Positions 61,421-64,000 of a DNA stretch of 64,000 nucleotides are shown here, in pieces. Position numbers and translations under genes: made by a program. A model generated the notes under the pieces. It saw nothing but the letters and a program-made list of their open reading frames with translations. It was not told the DNA's origin and did not search any database. The DNA lies in the NCBI RefSeq assembly GCF_032191835.1, contig NC_083227.1, positions 74,586,001-74,650,000 on the forward strand, written 5' to 3'. Position 1 is the first letter of the stretch. The number at the start of each line of letters is the position of its first letter. This stretch comes from Heteronotia binoei. Lineage: Eukaryota.

Positions 61421-61755
61421 GGTCCAGGTGGGCAGCCGTGTTGGTCTGAAGCTATAGAACAAAGTAGGAGTCCAGTAGCCCTTTAAGAACAACAAAGTTT
61501 TATTCAGAATGTAAGCTTTTGTATGCATGCATACTTCTTCAGACAATGGGATAGGGTACAGTGAGCAGAGCTACATATACATGTGGGCAGTGGTTAAGAA
61601 TGTACCACTTTGCATTCTTAACCACTGCCCACCATCTAGCTATATGTAGTTCTGCTCACTGTACCCCATTCCATTGTCTAAAGAAGTATGCATGCATACA
61701 AAAGTTTGCATTTGGAATAAAACTTTGTTGGTCTTAAAGGTACTACTGGATTCCT
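61421..61755. mobile_element. Penelope-like element terminal repeats in inverted (foldback) arrangement
   Basis: gcagccgtgttggtctgaag...ggagtccagtag...ctttaagaacaacaaagttttatt...agcttt is the reptile PLE terminus pattern; arms 61466-61602 and 61613-61755, 10-nt loop. Confidence 0.75.
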
Positions 61756-62555
61756 AATTTTCCATGCACTTAACTTGCTTCAGCACCCCTTCCACCACCA
61801 TTCCTCCCATCAGAAGGCCACTTAAAATAATGTAATTGCTAAATAATGGTTATATTATACTAGCATACTGCAACAGTCTGTTAGTTCCTGGCTTTCATTT
61901 TTTAAAAGTACGTTTCTGGGTTTTTCATTGCAAAGTTACAAGGTGAAAGTTGAAAATTTAAAAAAATGAGGTGGATAACCAGTAGACAGTGGGAATGGAT
62001 TGCTGTAATGTTATAGGGATTTAGTAGTTTCCTTAAAAATATCTTGGGAAAAGTTGAGTGAGGCAAGGAAAATAACACTGTTGTGGGCAGAACCTGCAAA
62101 AAATGGGGACAGGGTAAAAGCCAGAATGGACCGGTTAATAAGTGCACTTATTAACCTGTTGCAAGTTAAAATGCCTCTAGAAATATTGTGTATTCATTTC
62201 CTCTTTCCAGGCCAAAATGTCTCTGGAATAGGCCAGAAAAGTCATTAAACAAACAATAGTTCCTGCAAGTTCTCTAGGTAGAGCTAGGAGCCACGGAGAG
62301 ATAGGAGATACATTTCTACAGATATGAGGGATGTCCTGGTTTGTGGAAAAAGCTGAAAAGTAGAATTAAAAATGGGAGTCATGTGCCACAGCACAGCCAA
62401 CATATAGATGCCAGCAAGGGGATTTCAAACAATTGAGAAGCAGAGATGGTTTGCCATTGCTATACTATGCCACTTTCTTTCGCATCCAAACTAGCCATCA
62501 ATGTTTAGGAGGCTGAAGTTGAATCCTTGTTTGCAGATCCTTATTCATTCCTTAT

Positions 62556-62857
62556 TGTCAGAACTTGTGCTTTTCATGCTTGCTAAGCTGGGCAATGTTA
62601 GTTTAACTGACTCCATCTTGTAAGTTGATACTAACCCTATGTACTCTTAGCTAGGCCACTAATCAAAACGCTTTGCATTTCAAACAAACTGTAACCACGG
62701 AAGGAATGACAGATAGCCTCTGGGAGTCATTTGCAGGTGTCCATTGCTAACCCCGTTATCAGAGTTATTCTGTGCCTTCATGAACCTAGTTCTCAATAAA
62801 TACCTATACTTTGTAACGAAGTACTGGGCCTCGTTTGAAGTTCTTCAAGTTCTGACA
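62556..62857 (+). mobile_element. Solo LTR, 302 bp, family unresolved
   Basis: TG...CA termini within a perfect 12-bp inverted repeat TGTCAGAACTTG/CAAGTTCTGACA; 5-bp TSD cttat; AATAAA at 62795-62800. Confidence 0.85.
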
Positions 62858-63680
62858 CTTATTTGTGAATTCAACCAAAAACACTGAAGGGAATTTGAAA
62901 GCTCTGAACCACAAAATAAGGCCTGGACCCCCATATATCAAACCCTCCCTTGTTCAGAGGACTCTGCCCTTCAAGAAGACAAGTGCTGCCTCATGGTCCA
63001 ATGAGCAGTTCTTGTGCCAGCTGCTTCAAACAAGTTGCCCCCAAGACACTCAAAGAGGCATACACTGGGGACTGGCTGTACCCCAAAACAATATCTGGAC
63101 CACCCCAAGTGACACATTCCCTCACTTGGGACACTGTCCCCAGCAAGAAGACATGCAGTGCTGCCCGGTCCAAACAGTGGTTCTGGTGCCACAAGCTTCC
63201 ATTGCAAGTGCCACCAAGAAGCCTGTGTTTCAAAGGAGATTTGAAAAAGGAACTGTTTTGACTGCTTGCCCTCTGCACCCCAAAAAGCAATATGGACCAC
63301 CACATGCCATACACCTCCATGTTCAGGGGACTCTGCCCTTCAAGAGGACATGTTCTGCCTCATGGTCTAAAGAGCTCTTGACAGCTTCTAAAAAGTATGG
63401 CACTACATGCTTTGTTTTGGAGGACCACCGTAAAGGCCTATCTTTCAAAGTACCGGTACATTGGATAAAGGAACCTCTCCCAGTGATGTGGCAGCTTGCA
63501 GATCCCCTTAGGGTCAAAGTCATTTTGATTCTGAATAGGGATTAACAGTCTTCCAAGCTCCAATTCATGGTAACAAACTGAAATGTCTAAATTTGAATTC
63601 ATTCTTAAGTTCACTATGATGGACCCATCAGGGCTCAGTGGATTCTTACCTCACCTTTGATGCTAATGTACCACACCCAA

Positions 63681-64000
63681 TGTCATGGGTACTGGGGACC
63701 CTGCAGAAGAAGCTGAGCCTGCAGAAGAAACTGTGCCCCTGCCACCTGCACCAGTGCCCCTGCCTCCTGCTGGAGAAGATCCAAGCCCCCCTGCCTCGCC
63801 CTCGGGTGGCTCGTGTGCGTGACCACCTTCATCAGGACCTCAGGGATCGGAGGAGGGCGGCACGCTCACGAGCAAGACGCTCCCTGAGCCCTGAGTTTTG
63901 AAAGGATTCTGGCCCTTCTAGGAGTGAGGATGCTTGAGTCTCAGCAGGATCCTGGCTGCCTCTCTGAGCCAGCAATTAGCCCAAATGGGCAACAGACAGC
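63681..64000 (+). mobile_element. Gypsy-type LTR, second copy of the 23678-24268 family, cut by window end
   Basis: TGTCATGGG start and colinear high identity to 23678-23995. Confidence 0.85.

Noticed and set aside
63438-63602. Minus-strand peptide GICKLPHHWERFLYPMYRYFER resembling a mariner transposase C-terminus
   Set aside because: Only about 7 scattered identities, no upstream DD34D/YSPDLAP motifs and no TIR; likely coincidence.

Overview
Vertebrate genomic DNA from a squamate reptile, most likely a gecko, judged from Sauria/Squam-type SINEs and gecko-type hAT MITEs. Five host genes can be spliced by hand with canonical GT-AG sites and consistent phases. They are the last six exons of CAND2 (+), complete RPL32 (-, 135 aa, hosting SNORA7 in intron 1), EFCAB12 (-, 8 coding exons, about 597 aa), complete MBD4 (-, 8 exons, 542 aa) and the first coding exon of IFT122 (+), head-to-head with MBD4 on a shared CpG-rich promoter. 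The roughly 14 kb between RPL32 and EFCAB12 is a nest of transposons. It holds a full-length L1 with both ORFs open, a TSD and a poly(A) tail, inserted inside a long-inverted-repeat element, plus an older L1 fragment, a Gypsy-type solo LTR carrying a small ORF, a second foldback element, and DIRS and CR1 relics. The most unusual observations are the ORF inside the LTR U3 (two copies, synonymous-biased differences), a perfect 32-bp inverted repeat bracketing MBD4 exon 7, the intact L1 with ATGA-coupled ORFs, a Penelope-type palindrome with hammerhead-ribozyme relics, and an unidentified triplicated coding-like module in IFT122 intron 1. I cannot claim a confirmed new system; these are candidates. 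All gene and family names come from recalled sequence similarity, not database searches.
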